Of a stretch of DNA of 64,000 nucleotides, positions 39,979 to 53,928 are shown piece by piece. Positions within the stretch are counted from its first letter, which is position 1, and each line of letters opens with the position of its first letter. The DNA is taken from contig OX597818.1 in the NCBI GenBank assembly GCA_951406725.2, forward strand, positions 59,148,001 to 59,212,000. The letters are read 5' to 3'. Made by a program: the position numbers and the translations under genes. The notes beneath the pieces are model-generated. The model was not told where the DNA came from, did not search any database, and worked only from the letters and a program-made list of their open reading frames with translations. The DNA is from Octopus vulgaris (lineage: Eukaryota).

Positions 39979-40190
39979 ATGTTTTTTGTGTCGTGTTTGT
40001 CCCACCAACCATCGCTTGACAACTGATACTGGTGTGTTTACGTCACCGTAAATTAGCGGTTCAGCAATCAGAGACTGATAGAATAAGTACTAGGCTTACA
40101 AATATTAACTCCTGGGGTCGATTAGGTCGACACTGAATGCGGTGCTCCAGCAAGGCCGCAGTCAAATGACTGAAACAAGTAAAAGAATAA
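39765..40190 (+). mobile_element. SINE family A, degenerate
   Basis: Partial head, internal deletion, intact tail. Confidence 0.85.
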
Positions 40191-41226
40191 AATAACTAAA
40201 GCCATATTACTATATTAATAGCTACACCATACAAATAATTAGTGTTGTGTTTATTTATACGATTTCAGTGGCACTCGACACACGGCAAAGAATTGGTATC
40301 AATTGCCCGAAGCTAGGTTAATTGAATGATAAAACGTAAGAGATTCTTATCAGTAGATTTTGTTCCAATTTATCGGATAACTGACCAATTGTAGTCTCTA
40401 TTAAACATATATCTACCAAAAATAAATACAAATATATATATAGGTGAATGTAATTCTATACATATCGATTTCAATCTGACCAGGCTGATATTTCCAGCGA
40501 AACATCGATCTAAGTATTAATAATTCGATTCCACAAAATATTTCCAATAACCAGCTCTTATTCGTATTCATTACATTTTTACTTGTTTATCGATTTTCCT
40601 TCAGGACAAAATCGAACATCACGTGACTACACTGTACCCTGTGACATTCCACTCACGAAACGTTCCTCGCTCTTAAGAGTAAATCTTCTGAGAACTGCCG
40701 TCGTCAGTAATACCCACTGATCGGATCATTTCGTAAGTCTCTTTTCATAGAGACATATTTCTACTCTGTTGGAATAAAGGTGGTTAATGGCACATCGCTG
40801 ACATGTGATAATGGATCTAGTGTTGTCCATGGAAGTTGTGCTGGTATTTTCATGATGATGGGGAGGCTGGATGGTACTGGGAGTGCTTGACATAGATACA
40901 GTAGGATAATAGTGACAACAGAAATTGCAGAGTAGGCCAGGTGGTTATGGAGGTGATAGATAACAGCAATGGAAGTACAAGCGTCGTTATATATGACAGA
41001 GGTGATGGTGGAGTTGACGGCAGTTGAGAGGAAAGAAAGGTGATGAAAGAAGAAGAGGAGATTGTTGAAATGTGGTGCAGGCAGCACTGTATAGTAGGAG
41101 AAATTGTAGTCAGAATATAGTGGAGATTACTGTACGGAAAGCAGTGAGATGATCATGCCGGAGAAGTTAATCTTTTTCTGTTAATGAAAAGATATGAAGT
41201 TAACGGTGACGTGATGGAGATGTTTG

Positions 41227-41228
<2 letters not shown>

Positions 41229-41264
<36 letters not shown>

Positions 41265-41302
41265 AAGGTAGTAGTAATAACAATAATAATTACATTAATA
41301 AC

Positions 41303-41346
<44 letters not shown>

Positions 41347-41356
41347 TGATGATGAT

Positions 41357-41436
<80 letters not shown>

Positions 41437-41443
41437 TGATGAT

Positions 41444-41499
<56 letters not shown>

Positions 41500-41515
41500 T
41501 GATGATGATGTTGAT

Positions 41516-41562
<47 letters not shown>

Positions 41563-41609
41563 TGATGATATTAATAATAATAATAATAATGATATTAATA
41601 ATAATAATA

Positions 41610-41647
<38 letters not shown>

Positions 41648-41655
41648 AATAATAA
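41229..41655. repeat. Compound (GTA)n/(ATA)n/(ATG)n microsatellite
   Basis: Recurrent (ATA)n(ATG)nATATTA units. Confidence 0.95.
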
Positions 41656-41690
41656 TACATTATTTGCATTGGACGGTCTTGTTTGCTGTT

Positions 41691-41736
41691 AACACAACAT
41701 TTCGGCTGATATACCCTCCAGCCTTCCTCAGGTGTC
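41691..41736 (-). ncRNA. Minimal type I hammerhead motif (same family as 30853)
   Basis: GACAC CTGAGGA A GGCTGG AGGGTATA TCAGCC GAAAT GTT^ GTGTT. Confidence 0.72.
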
Positions 41737-41788
41737 TTAGGGAAATTTCGAACCTGGGTTTTATACATGCGCCCGTGTGTGTGTATGA

Positions 41789-41849
<61 letters not shown>

Positions 41850-42094
41850 GATAGATAGATAGAGAGAGAGGGGGGAGAGAGAGATACGTAAGTATAAGCA
41901 TTCTGGGTCCTTCCATCAAGCCACTTCACAATCGGTGTTGGTTTACTTACGTCCTCGCAAATTAACGGCAAATCAAACCAATACACTTACCAGACTTTAA
42001 AAATACACACGAAGTTTTATTTTTTTTTTACTAAACTGTTCAAGTTATTGCTCCAGCTTAGTCGCAGTCCAATGAGAAACAAGTAAAATATATA

Positions 42095-42305
42095 CTTTTC
42101 TTCTCCAGGCACAAGGCACGAAATTTTTGGGGAGGGGCACAGTCGATTAGATCGACTCCGTTATACAACTGGTACTTAAATTATTAACCCCAAAAGGATG
42201 ACAAGGAAAGTCGACCCCGGCGGAATTTGAACTCACAACGTGAAGGCAGACGAAATACCGCTAAGGATTTCGACTGGCGTCCTAACGATTCTGCCAGCTC
42301 GCCGT
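42095..42305 (-). mobile_element. SINE family B (alternative tail)
   Basis: Reverse-complement head CTGCCAGCTCGCCG and central core. Confidence 0.85.
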
Positions 42306-42635
42306 TGAGAAGTAAAATATGTAATCACCTTAAAGATGGAAGGTTATATAATTTGACGACACAAACTGTAACATCCCCCACACATTTACGTCAATTTCCC
42401 GCCTGTTGTCACACATTTGTTGTAAAAAAATTACAGTAGACGTAATTCATGTCACATTATGCGAAATGTAATTGGATAGAACGAATATATAAGTTGACAG
42501 TAGGAAAGATGAGTACAAGAATAGCTAATAATCACCAATAGCAAATTGCAAGCGAACTATCAAAACATTTGCATAACAAAAAATAACAGAAGATATCTAT
42601 AATTGATGCATAATTTTTAAGCGTAGCAAAAATGT

Positions 42636-42959
42636 ATTCTGTTGTGTCTGGGAAATCATACTTTTTTAGTGCCTTATAATTTAACACACTCACGGGTAAA
42701 ATTTCCACTCATTTACTTATTTATTTTTCTAAAATTTTCGTTGCGTCTTGCATCTTTTTCAACTCTTGTTGACTTTTAGAAAAATATATAGGCGCAGGAG
42801 TGGCTGAGTGGTAAGTAGCTTGTTTACCAACCACATGGTTCCGGGTTCAGTCCCACTTCGTGGCACCTTGAGCAAGTGTCTTCTACTATAGCCTCGGGCC
42901 GACCAACGCCTTGTGAGTGGATTTGGTAGATGGAAACTGAAATAAGCCCGTCTTATATA

Positions 42960-42997
<38 letters not shown>

Positions 42998-43380
42998 TGT
43001 GTGTGTTTTTGTGTCTGTGTTTGTCCCCCTAGCATTGCTTGACAACCGATGCTGGTGTGTTTATGTCCCCGTTACCTAGCGGTTCGGCAAAAGAGACCGA
43101 TAGAATAAGTACTGGGCTTACAAAAAAAAAAAGAATAAGTCTCGGGGTCGAGTTGCTCGACTAAAGGCGGTGCTCCAGCATGGCCGCAGTCAAATGACTG
43201 AAACAAATAAAAGAGTAAAAGAGAAAAAAGAGAGTAAATAAGTGTAAATTTTACCGGTGAGTGTGATAAATTATAAGGCACAAAAAGACAATGACTCTCC
43301 GCAGACACAACAGGATATGCTTCAACACACAAACTCACATAAAGTATCTTGCAAACCAAATCCAAAAAAGAAATAGCAGA
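42636..43380. mobile_element. Inverted pair of a short PLE-like terminal repeat flanking a SINE
   Basis: 42636-42722 is the reverse complement of 43236-43320; same repeat at 47368-47610 and 58390-58520; HHR-like motif at 42729-42762 (-). Confidence 0.65.
42791..43235 (+). mobile_element. SINE family A
   Basis: GGCGCAGGAGTGGCTG head, directly after TATATA. Confidence 0.93.
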
Positions 43381-43959
43381 AGTAGTCTTTAAAAATTTCT
43401 GTCCACAATTCATTCGAATTTTTTTCGGCTTAGTCAAATTGTGAAATATATTTCAACCTTGAATTTAAATATAATGGTACTTAATTCATGAATGAGTAAA
43501 GAAATTTGAAGCTTTTTTGATACCGATTCGTCTAAGACTGTTCCTGATTAATGGATTTAAAGTCCTTACTTTAAATGGGCCTAATTGTTGTTTTCCTCAG
43601 TCAAAATTTCATTTTATTAATGTTCTAAACAACAGCTTAGTCGTGACTTTATTCCTTATTTTCGAAATTAATTCAAACAACGGTATTGCATTTAAATATC
43701 GTATTGAGTGTCAAGAATTGTGTTTAAAGTAGCATATATGTTTTGGAAAAAGGTTTCAGTTTGTTTGTAAAATTTAATGATGGGGTATAGGAAAGGTAAT
43801 GGGCGGCAGTGATATACGAAAAGTAAGAAGTTAGGGTGTGGATTATGGGAAAACAGTTTTTATATTAAACTGTGAACAAGAATAAGTCTGTAACGTATGA
43901 GGAGGCAACATTGAGAAATATCTTCCGGAAATCCGAAAACGGTCGAGAAGGGATCAACC

Positions 43960-45255
43960 GCTATCACCTGGGATATGGAATGTCACAGCCCTTACAAGTA
44001 AAGTGCAGCAACTGGTGGTGGATGCCAAACGGGTAGAAGCACTCGCCCGCTTTCTGCTAGATTAGTGAATCTGGTGTCGTAGATTTGAATGGTGTGGTGA
44101 AAACTCCGCTATTCAAGTGTCATAGCAACAATATCTGCACAGTTGCGAATGGGGTTACTATTGAACGCTGATGTGCCGTATTGTGTCTAGGATTGGTTCT
44201 CATTCGGTGGGAAGCTTTATCTCCTGAAACTTTTGCTAAAAGAATCGACTGCGATGGCCATTGCAAGAAGACGCACCAAACAGCAAATCCAAATGTATAT
44301 ACTTCCTTGATACGAAGACAGCCATTTGTCCGGCAAGGAGGACTTTAATGCACATATTGGCATTGAGCACCGAAAATGGAAAGGAATAACTGGATGGAAT
44401 AGTGACTTTTCCTTCAAGAAGAATTGAAATGTTATACTAGATATCTTTGTGGGATACTTTCTATAGGGATACTTTAGGATAGGTTCAGTGACAGACTGTG
44501 TTATTTCGGATCTCTTTGTTCCACTGCTAGAGAGGTTGTGTACTTGGAAATGACAACCACGAAGATGTCTACAACCAGACACTACCCAAAACAGTGGGAA
44601 TCTGCAATAAGATTAATTTCAGTGCGACATACAAGGTTAAAGGATGGGACGAGGAACAAATATGCAGACACAACTGCATCTAAATTGAGAGACATGTGTG
44701 ATCAAGAAGAGGACATAGAAAGGAAAGGGAGATTTCATAACCGGAGAAGAAATTGCCGAGCAAAGCAATTATTTAGGCGAAAACGGTTTGATGTTCCCCT
44801 GGGTAGTAAAAGAAACTCATTGTTTAACCAGAAAGTTAAAGATACCAACTTAGCAAACATTGAAGGCTTACAAATCTTGTTATATCAACAAGTCTTCTCT
44901 TCTGCACACGCGGAACATAGGGACGCAGCAGAGGCAATAAAACCGTCCAACGCCAAGTCATTGAAAGATTTGAGGAGTCAGCGTACACACTTGATTTTGG
45001 TCGGCCAATAAAATATTCTAACAGATTATTCGCTGACTTCGTATGAAGAAGACTTCTACAACAGCTTCAATTAAGAGCTCAATTTGGATTTATCCTTCTA
45101 TAAAGAACATCCTTGCTGATCTCCTAAATCCATTCTCGATAATATGTTGGCCATGACCAAAAGTGATGCTGAAGTCACCGGGGCGATTAAAGCACTCATA
45201 TGTGACAAGGCCACTGGGGACGATGGACTTCTCCCTGAGAGTTTAAAGCCTTAAA
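43960..45255 (+). mobile_element. RTE-clade LINE relic (APE endonuclease to start of RT)
   Basis: LGIWNVTALTSKVQQLV, EDFNAHIG, DAEVTGAIKALICDKATGDDGLLPESLK. Confidence 0.8.
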
Positions 45256-46079
45256 TAAATACACAGGCAGAACACGGATAAACACGGATAGATATGAAGA
45301 TATTCCTGATCTGATGCTATAATTTTCGACGTAATAGAACTTGAAAATCGGCATTTTGTATGAAGCTTGTCTATATTTATATCTTTGGTAAATGTCTCCT
45401 ATCGTATTTTGCTTCACTTATTTAAAAATGTTATGCAACCTCTCTGTCACTAAATATTATGGTATATATTTGCACTGTTATAATTTCCATTTACTACTCA
45501 CATGAGTATTATTTTACATAACATCATATCACTTGAGCCACTTGACACGCTACGCTCTCAAACTGTAACTTCATTAAAAGTCTACAGGTATTTAATAATT
45601 TCATATTATATTTCTAATGTCATAACATGTTGATTTCTATCACAATTAATAGTTAAAAGTATCTGACACTTCTCACCAAAGTAACAAAATAGCAATTAAC
45701 AAGTTGAATTACTATACGGGGACCAATAAATATCAGCAAAATACATTCTCTTTCAATTTTGTTTAATAAAATCTCTCAGAATGTAATGGTGGATTAGTAG
45801 AATAGCTAGTCTTTATTTACGGTCAATTACATTCTCAGTTCAAAACATACTATTTTTTCACTCAGCCATTTGTTGTTCCAGCCAAGTACTGGGAGTAATA
45901 AAGAACATAGCCTTGTATCAAAGTAAGAGATCGGAGCTATTTTTCCGAATGCTTGATATGATTTAGGTTATGTTCGATGTAAAGGAGTTAACACTTCACT
46001 ACCCAACCGAGATTGCGCCATATTTTCTTTGTACTACGGCACTTATGTTGGTATAAAATATGCTTTCATTTTAAAAATA

Positions 46080-46720
46080 TATGAGGTGGTATCAGAAGGT
46101 TTCAGGACTCGTCATGTTTAACAGAAAAATAATATATTTACCTACCTTTTAACATCATCCCCTTCGAAATAGTCACCTTGCACAGCAATACAATGGCCCC
46201 AGCCACTTTGGAAACCAGACTTGGTAGTCGTCTTCTCAAGGCAGTTAAGAGCCTTCTGAGATTCGATCTGGATCTCGACAACGGTGTTACAATGGCGACC
46301 CTTGAGCTGTATCTTCATCTTGGGGAAAAGATGAAAATCCGCAGGTGGAAAATCTGACGAATTAAGTGGGGGCAGATGTGATATTATGTATTTGGCGAGA
46401 AACTCACGAGTAAGAAGAGCTTGGTGAGAGGTGGCATCCAGTTCGAGGAGCATCCAGTTCTTTGCTCTCCACATATCAGGTTGCTTTCGCCGAATATCCT
46501 ACACTTAAACATCAGCAATAACTTTGATTGCCTTTCGACTATCCTCATATCCAAGCTGATAAAATTTTCCACATTTCCGGTGGTGACTGTCATGGCATGC
46601 CTTCCAGATCCCTCCTCGTACAACCAGGAATTTTCTTCCTCATTTGAAGCGCCCGTGCCACTCGAATCATTGCGCAAAATCTATTGCTTCGATACCCTAA
46701 AAGTGCAGAACATTGTTCAA
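46080..46720 (-). mobile_element. Internally deleted mariner relic (related to 14866-16465)
   Basis: SDFPPADFHLFPKMKIQLKG..CIAVQGDYFEGD; TIR-like end at ~46081. Confidence 0.85.
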
Positions 46721-47019
46721 TGTTTAAATTTTAAAATGTTCATTAAACTTCCATTTATAGATTAAATCTTTTCTTCTAGTTATTTTTTCTACAGATTATA
46801 TTTTAGTTCATATCATATAACGTTTGTTTTTTCCTCCCCAAAATAATAATTCCATGACTGCGTTGCAATTATGGAGACGACTGTGTTTCGAACTCTTTTG
46901 ATATCTGTTCTACTCATCTAAAATTCTAACAATGCATCTTGAACCTCATTAATGCGAGGACCCACAACAAAGAATATCATCCTTACTGGGAGTCACTGGT
47001 GAATCCAATGGTATGCAAA

Positions 47020-47251
47020 GGTGGCGAGCTGGCAGAAACGTTAGCACGCCGGGCGAAATGCTTAGCGGTATTTCGTCTGCGTTACGTTGTGATTTCAAAT
47101 TCCGCCGAGGTCGACTTTGCCTTTCATCTTTTCGGGGTCGATAAATTAAGTACCAGTTACGCACTGGGGTCGATGTAATCGACTTAATACCTATCTCTGT
47201 CCTTGTTTGTCCCCTCTGTGTTTAGCCCCTTGTGGGTAATAAAGAAATAGG
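47020..47251 (+). mobile_element. SINE family B monomer with 11-bp TSD
   Basis: GGTATGCAAAG at 47010-47020 and 47250-47260. Confidence 0.93.
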
Positions 47252-48388
47252 TATGCAAAGTGTTATCATAACAAAGTTTTGTTTGGGCCACGATTTCTCA
47301 TAGAAATCTAGTGAAACAATTTCCAGGTATTATTTCTACTTGGAAATAGATTCATAGAATATAATAAATTCTGTTGTGTCTGGGGAGAGTAATTTTCTTT
47401 TTGTGCCTTGTAATATAACACACTCACCGGTAAAATTTCCACTTTTTTATTTATTTTTTTTTTTTTTTTCATTTTTTCCTAAAAGTGGAAATTTACCGAA
47501 GGCACAAAAAGAGAAAATGACTCTCCCCAGGCACAACAGAATATGCTTCAACACACAAATTCATATAAAGAATCTTGCAAATCAAATCCAAAAACGAAAT
47601 ATAAAATAAATATAATGTTATCTGTAAATTTCTCAAATAGACTTAAGGTGATATATTATGCAATCAAAACTGGAATTTTGCATCCCGTTATTCTTATTTT
47701 TGCCTCTTGTTCAATTAGCGGGGAAAGTGCTGCATGCACTGGTTTTCTGGTGCGACTTCCTCCAGCTGCCCCATTTTGAATGTTCTACTGATTAATGAAG
47801 GGAAATGATGAGAGATAGACTGTGTTCGTCTCTTCAACCCATGTCTTGAGTAATTACAACAATGTCCTATCTGATACATATACACAAAATGACGTGGCTG
47901 TGGTTTTGAAATCGGATAATGGATTAATTCTCCCACTTAAAAATGGAGAGATTTCCTCGAAAGGGCTGCAAGAGAATCTTTTTCAAAAAATTTCATTTGA
48001 AAGGAGTTGGTCATTCAAATGCTACCGTAGAATTCCTATCTTCTGGTTACCACACAGGCAGAATAAATTTAAAGCTGTTTAGTTGTGTAGTGAACCTCTA
48101 AACACCGCCAACCTACACAAAAGGAAGTTTTCATGTTTTTCTTAGTATGATGCGATATATTTTACTTTTCTTTACCTGCACAAGTTTCGCAAAAGAGATA
48201 CGATCCATAAAACATATACGAAAATGTGTGCGACTGTGTGTATGCGTATTTGCAGGAACGTGTATATGTCTATGTGAGTGAGTGTGTATATGTACGCGTT
48301 ACTGTACTTATATACATGGGCGTTTATATATATGTATGTGTGTATGCGTGTATATATATATATATATATGTATGTATATATACATATA

Positions 48389-48515
<127 letters not shown>

Positions 48516-48517
48516 GA

Positions 48518-48572
<55 letters not shown>

Positions 48573-51124
48573 TATATATATTCATGTATGTATACATATG
48601 TATTTATGTATGTGGATATATATATATATGTATATGTATGTATGTGCTTATATGTAAACCCTGCATGTGTCTCTATACCATAACCGATTTCAGTTAATGC
48701 AATTCACGTGTATAAAAAGGTGAAATTTCTCAATAATTGAGACGATTCCATTTGCTTGCAGCACTGTTTTCAATTTATCGGTGATTATTTTTTTTTACGA
48801 TTGAAATATAAAACACAATCAAGTACTTACGTGCACTTGACACTACGAAATACGGTCTCTTGGAGGAACGGATGACCACTGACAATGCTAGCAGATCTAA
48901 TTTTATTTTAATATATATTTGAACACATATATCGGTTGTATAGCTTCCCTGTATATACACTTCCTTCTTGAAATCTCGGATTTTTACAATAACGAAACTA
49001 CACTCCTACAAGTTTGGTCATAAACATCAAGTTTACCTGCAGAGGTAATATCATTTGTTTATAACGGAAAAGTCAGGAGCATAGACAGGAAGAAATTGTC
49101 TATTTATAATTCCATTATTTTTAGTTTGCCGTCCGTTTCTGTTGCTTCTTAATTCTATTAGATGTCGTAATTGTTCGTAATATAGGCAAACGTAGTCAAA
49201 TACAGAATATATCTATTCAAAATGGCGATTTACAACTACCTCGCTTCGGATTCAATCCCTCTCGGCTGGATCTTCAGTAGGTGACTTTTACTATATTCCT
49301 CAGCAGCCTTATACTTTGTGAGTGAATTCGTGCCGAATCTCGTCGTGTGTAGTGTTACGCGTATGTGCTACATGCATGTAGAAATATATGTGTGTGTGTG
49401 TGTGTGCGTGCGTGTGTGTGTGGGAGAGAGAGAGAGCGAGAGAGAGAGATAACCAGTGTTTACTTCCTTTTGTCTTTCTGTCCCCGCAACTAAAAGATTC
49501 GGCAGAAGGGAATGATTGGATAATTACCTTAATTGAAAAATAAATTCTGTCCTCCATTTGTTGCACGAAACCTTTCAAAGCAGCGTCCTACCATGGCCGC
49601 AGGCCAATGGCCGAAGCTAGTGATTCAATCGATTTGTACTCCGTCAATTGTGTCTGCTGTAAACGAAATGTAAACACATACAAATATATTTATTTAATTT
49701 ACAGAGAAAAATATTGAAATTATCTCATGTGTCGGTTGCACATAAACTAATTAGTAAATACAAGACAAGCGATCTTGCCTCGTTTCTCTGTTCCACTCTG
49801 TCTTCCCTACCTACATACACACAAAGGAAGATTTCATACAAAGTATGTTTAAAGACTATTCCACGTGAATTAATTGAAGTGTTTTTGTATAGAAGGTTCA
49901 TAAACTAAAACAGAAGCTAATTGAGAATATATTTACCATAATGGCAAAATTTTTTCGGTAAATTCCAGCAAAGTCTTGTACGTCTGTACCCGTAAAAAGC
50001 AGTCACGCTAGTGTACAGCCTGCAAATATTTCGTCGGAGCAATCCCTCACAATATTCATCCGCTCACAAGATATTAGTCGACCCGGGGAATATTAGAAAC
50101 CACTTGTCTAAAGTTTTCTAAGTGCATTAAGACAGAACCCGAAATCTAGTAACTCCAAAGCGAGTTTATTAATGTACAATGCATACATTCTATTCTTCGA
50201 ATGATAATTTCGAAGCCAAAGCTTTCATACGGCCCAAACCAATTATTTTATAATGCCTGTTTTACAATGCGATGCCAGTCTGTAGGAAATCGTTAATTAG
50301 TCTGATAAATACAACGTATTGCCTTGATTCGCTCATACTATCGCTCCAAATAAATACGTATACCAGGACCAAAATTTTAATGGCATCCTACATGTTTATT
50401 ATCACATGTTACTTCAGCTGCCAGTTTAGTGTATTAATTTATATTTAGGCTATTTAATAAAATGATACTCTTGCCTACACAATATTTCAAACTCGTTTAG
50501 CGATTTCTTCTTTATTCATAACAAAATTACTTCTTTAAATATTTAAGCGTTGGTGTTATCGCAGACTCCATGTAGGCTATTCTATTGCCAACAATCTATA
50601 ACACATATAGAATAATGGAATTAAATATACTGGGATAAAGAATCATTTCAGTTGACTGGAGCAAAATATCGTTTTCGTCCAACTATGTCTTAAAATATTC
50701 TTTGGACATTCAGCTCTGCTTAACATTGGTAAATGGGTGCAACATATTTTCCGCTTCACTAGTAAGTTTCTGGAAGCAGCTAATTCGAACATATGGACAT
50801 GTGGTAAACGGACATATGAGAATCGAACGTATAATGATTTCGAAAGCAGTACCATTTACTTGTTCTGACCCGGGAGAGGTAAGACATTAGAGTTTACTGA
50901 TATTTTTTCCTATCATGTCTGTAATAGATTTGTGACTGTTCGGCAGTACAGAAGTGATTTTTGACTTCTATCTTTAGCGATATAACTACTCATGTAGTAC
51001 CCTTGTTTATATATGTACATGTCTAATAGTGTATGTATATATATATCTTTAATTTGCCTGTACGTCTGATTATTCGCTTGTCACTCGTGATGGTATTTTA
51101 ATAATACCAACCCTATATTTATTC

Positions 51125-51167
<43 letters not shown>

Positions 51168-51204
51168 CATATATAATATATATATCTAAGTGTATATATA
51201 TATA

Positions 51205-51350
51205 TAGTGATAATTTATGAAAAAACAAAAGCCGAAGGAGGGTGTGTAAACAAGAAACAAATGTATTAGTTTAACGCTCGGGAAGTAAGAAAGTTCTTTA
51301 CGTTTCGTGCCTACGCTCATCAACACAGAAATAAACAGAGAAAGAAAATT
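51205..51350 (-). mobile_element. Short HHR-bearing PLE-like terminal repeat (U6 family)
   Basis: GAGC GTAG GCAC GAAAC GTA AAG with the shared tail; abuts (TA)n. Confidence 0.6.
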
Positions 51351-52294
51351 CTTAAAATGGTTCCGTGGCAGAGGGGTCAGAAAAGAGAGAGAGAGAGGAA
51401 GAAGGGGAGATAGTAAAGTAGTGGTGATACCACATGGAAGGTGCCCGTGCGTGTGTATTTGAGAGCGTGTATGTGCGTGTGGCTGGGGGCTGGTGACCGT
51501 GGCGTGTTCGTGTGTGCATATGTGGGTGTGTTGATGATAGTGTGCGTCCTAGGAAGTGGTCAGTGCTAGTGTGTGCGGTGTGGTATGATGTGGTGTGGTG
51601 GTATGTATTGTGTTGGGGTTGTGTGTGTATGGTGTTGTTGAATGGTGCTGTGTGGTGTGTTGTAGTGTGTGGTATGATGGTGTTGAGACGAGAGTGTGGG
51701 AATGTTTCTATATATTCATGTGGGATGTAAATATGTTTTAAAATTTATACGAAATTTGTATTAAATATTTCATCTGAAGCTGCATTATAGCAAACTGCGT
51801 AAAACTAGCACAAAGCTCGGTCTCCGTGATCATTAACATTCATTTGTTCGTATGAAAATTACATTTTATTCAGATTTGAAGATTCTATTCATCATATCAA
51901 TTGCTTTTCTTACTTATTGTTCCTACTATTACAAATTCAATATGTAAGTAGTTCGGTCGCCTCTAACCACATATATTTAATAAAAATGTATTAAGTGTGA
52001 TGCTATTAATATTTAATGAGATATAAAACAGTATAATTCCCGGCAAACATGAATGACAATATAGATACTTTTAACAAATGCTGAAATCTTCCCAGAAGGT
52101 TAAACAATGAGGAAACTCTTCGCCATCTCGCTCCTAACTAATGGAAAAAAACTAAACTATTTGAAACTAAAGTTCAATATCATTGTCTAGTTGCTTCGAT
52201 GATGTATTTTGTGTGTCATTGACAGCCAGAGACAATTCCTCGGGCATACGCGAAAAATTACACGGATTCAAAAAGCTAATTATTCATTATAAAT

Positions 52295-52577
<283 letters not shown>

Positions 52578-52579
52578 CA

Positions 52580-52782
52580 GAGGAAGAATTCACGAAAAAA
52601 CAAAATACGAAGACAGGTGGTGTAGAAAACAAAGAGATGTATTAGTATAACGCTCAGGAATTGAAAAAGTATTGAATGTTTCGAGCCTACGCTGTTCCAC
52701 AGAAAGGAACGCAGAAAGAAACAAGGAGAGAAACAAGCGGAAAAGGAAAATGTGTGTGGTCGCTAGCGATCTATCATGGCGC
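52580..52782 (-). mobile_element. Short HHR-bearing PLE-like terminal repeat (U6 family)
   Basis: CTTT CTGTGGA A CAGC GTAG GCTC GAAAC ATT; flanked by microsatellites. Confidence 0.6.
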
Positions 52783-52996
52783 TATATATATATATAGCGT
52801 GAAATCCAAAATAACTTTTTTTTCCGCTTATCGTACTCGATACGGAAAACATGCAAACTTTTCACTCGCAGTAAACCGCTATTGTTCTTGATAGTTGTTT
52901 TTAATGTGTATGTCCTACGGATTGTTTGCATTACACTTGCTTCCTACACCTCTATCCTAATACCGTACATTTATATACATATATACATACATAAAT

Positions 52997-53030
<34 letters not shown>

Positions 53031-53239
53031 TAATGATTTGAAACTCAGAGGTGGCGGTATAAAACTCCAAATGAGGTTTATACCGCCAACTCCTCTTCAG
53101 GCAGAGGTTACAATGCCGCAAGACGGTACATGCTGACACAGAGTAGATTCAATCGGAATGCCGTTCCGATTTAATCTCTGCGTCAACGTGCACCTCTTTG
53201 CGAAAATGTACACTTTAATCTAGCCAATATATACATAGA

Positions 53240-53325
<86 letters not shown>

Positions 53326-53326
53326 C

Positions 53327-53775
53327 AAAAATAAGCAACAAGAATGGATCCGGTAATTTAGTACAATTGTTTCATACTACACCATTTATTAAAAGCTGTA
53401 AATATTACAGCAGATTTAATATGTCGTATAATCATCAGCTAATCTTATATAGGTTTTCCAATAAAATAAAGTTCTCAAATCAATTAGTAACATCTTAGGG
53501 AAGGAGTTGTGAACTTAGTTTTGGTCTGGTTGGCATCCTAACTACACTACGTCATGTTCCTGAGATTCATATCTACATCTTTATCTGTATATTTACCTTC
53601 CCTAAGATGTTACTAATTGATTTGAGAACTTTATATTATTGGAATACCTATATAAAATTAGCTGAAGATTACTCGACATATTAAATCTGCTGTAATATTT
53701 ACATCTTCTAATAAAATGTTATAGTATGAAATAATTGTACTAGGTTACCGGATCCATTCTTGTTGCTTATTTTTT
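53327..53775. repeat. Long inverted repeat (~178-bp arms), each arm with a hammerhead motif
   Basis: Arms 53327-53504 and 53596-53775; TAG CTGA(T/A)GA T..long stem II..T GAAA(C/T) AATT GTA CTA at 53358-53442 (-) and 53659-53742 (+). Confidence 0.85.
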
Positions 53776-53876
53776 ATCATAATCACCCCGCATATTTTTA
53801 TGGGTAATACCATAAAAAATTTCTGGTGCATCTAAATTAAGTACCATATTCATTTGAATCTAAATTGTTTGCTGAA

Positions 53877-53928
<52 letters not shown>

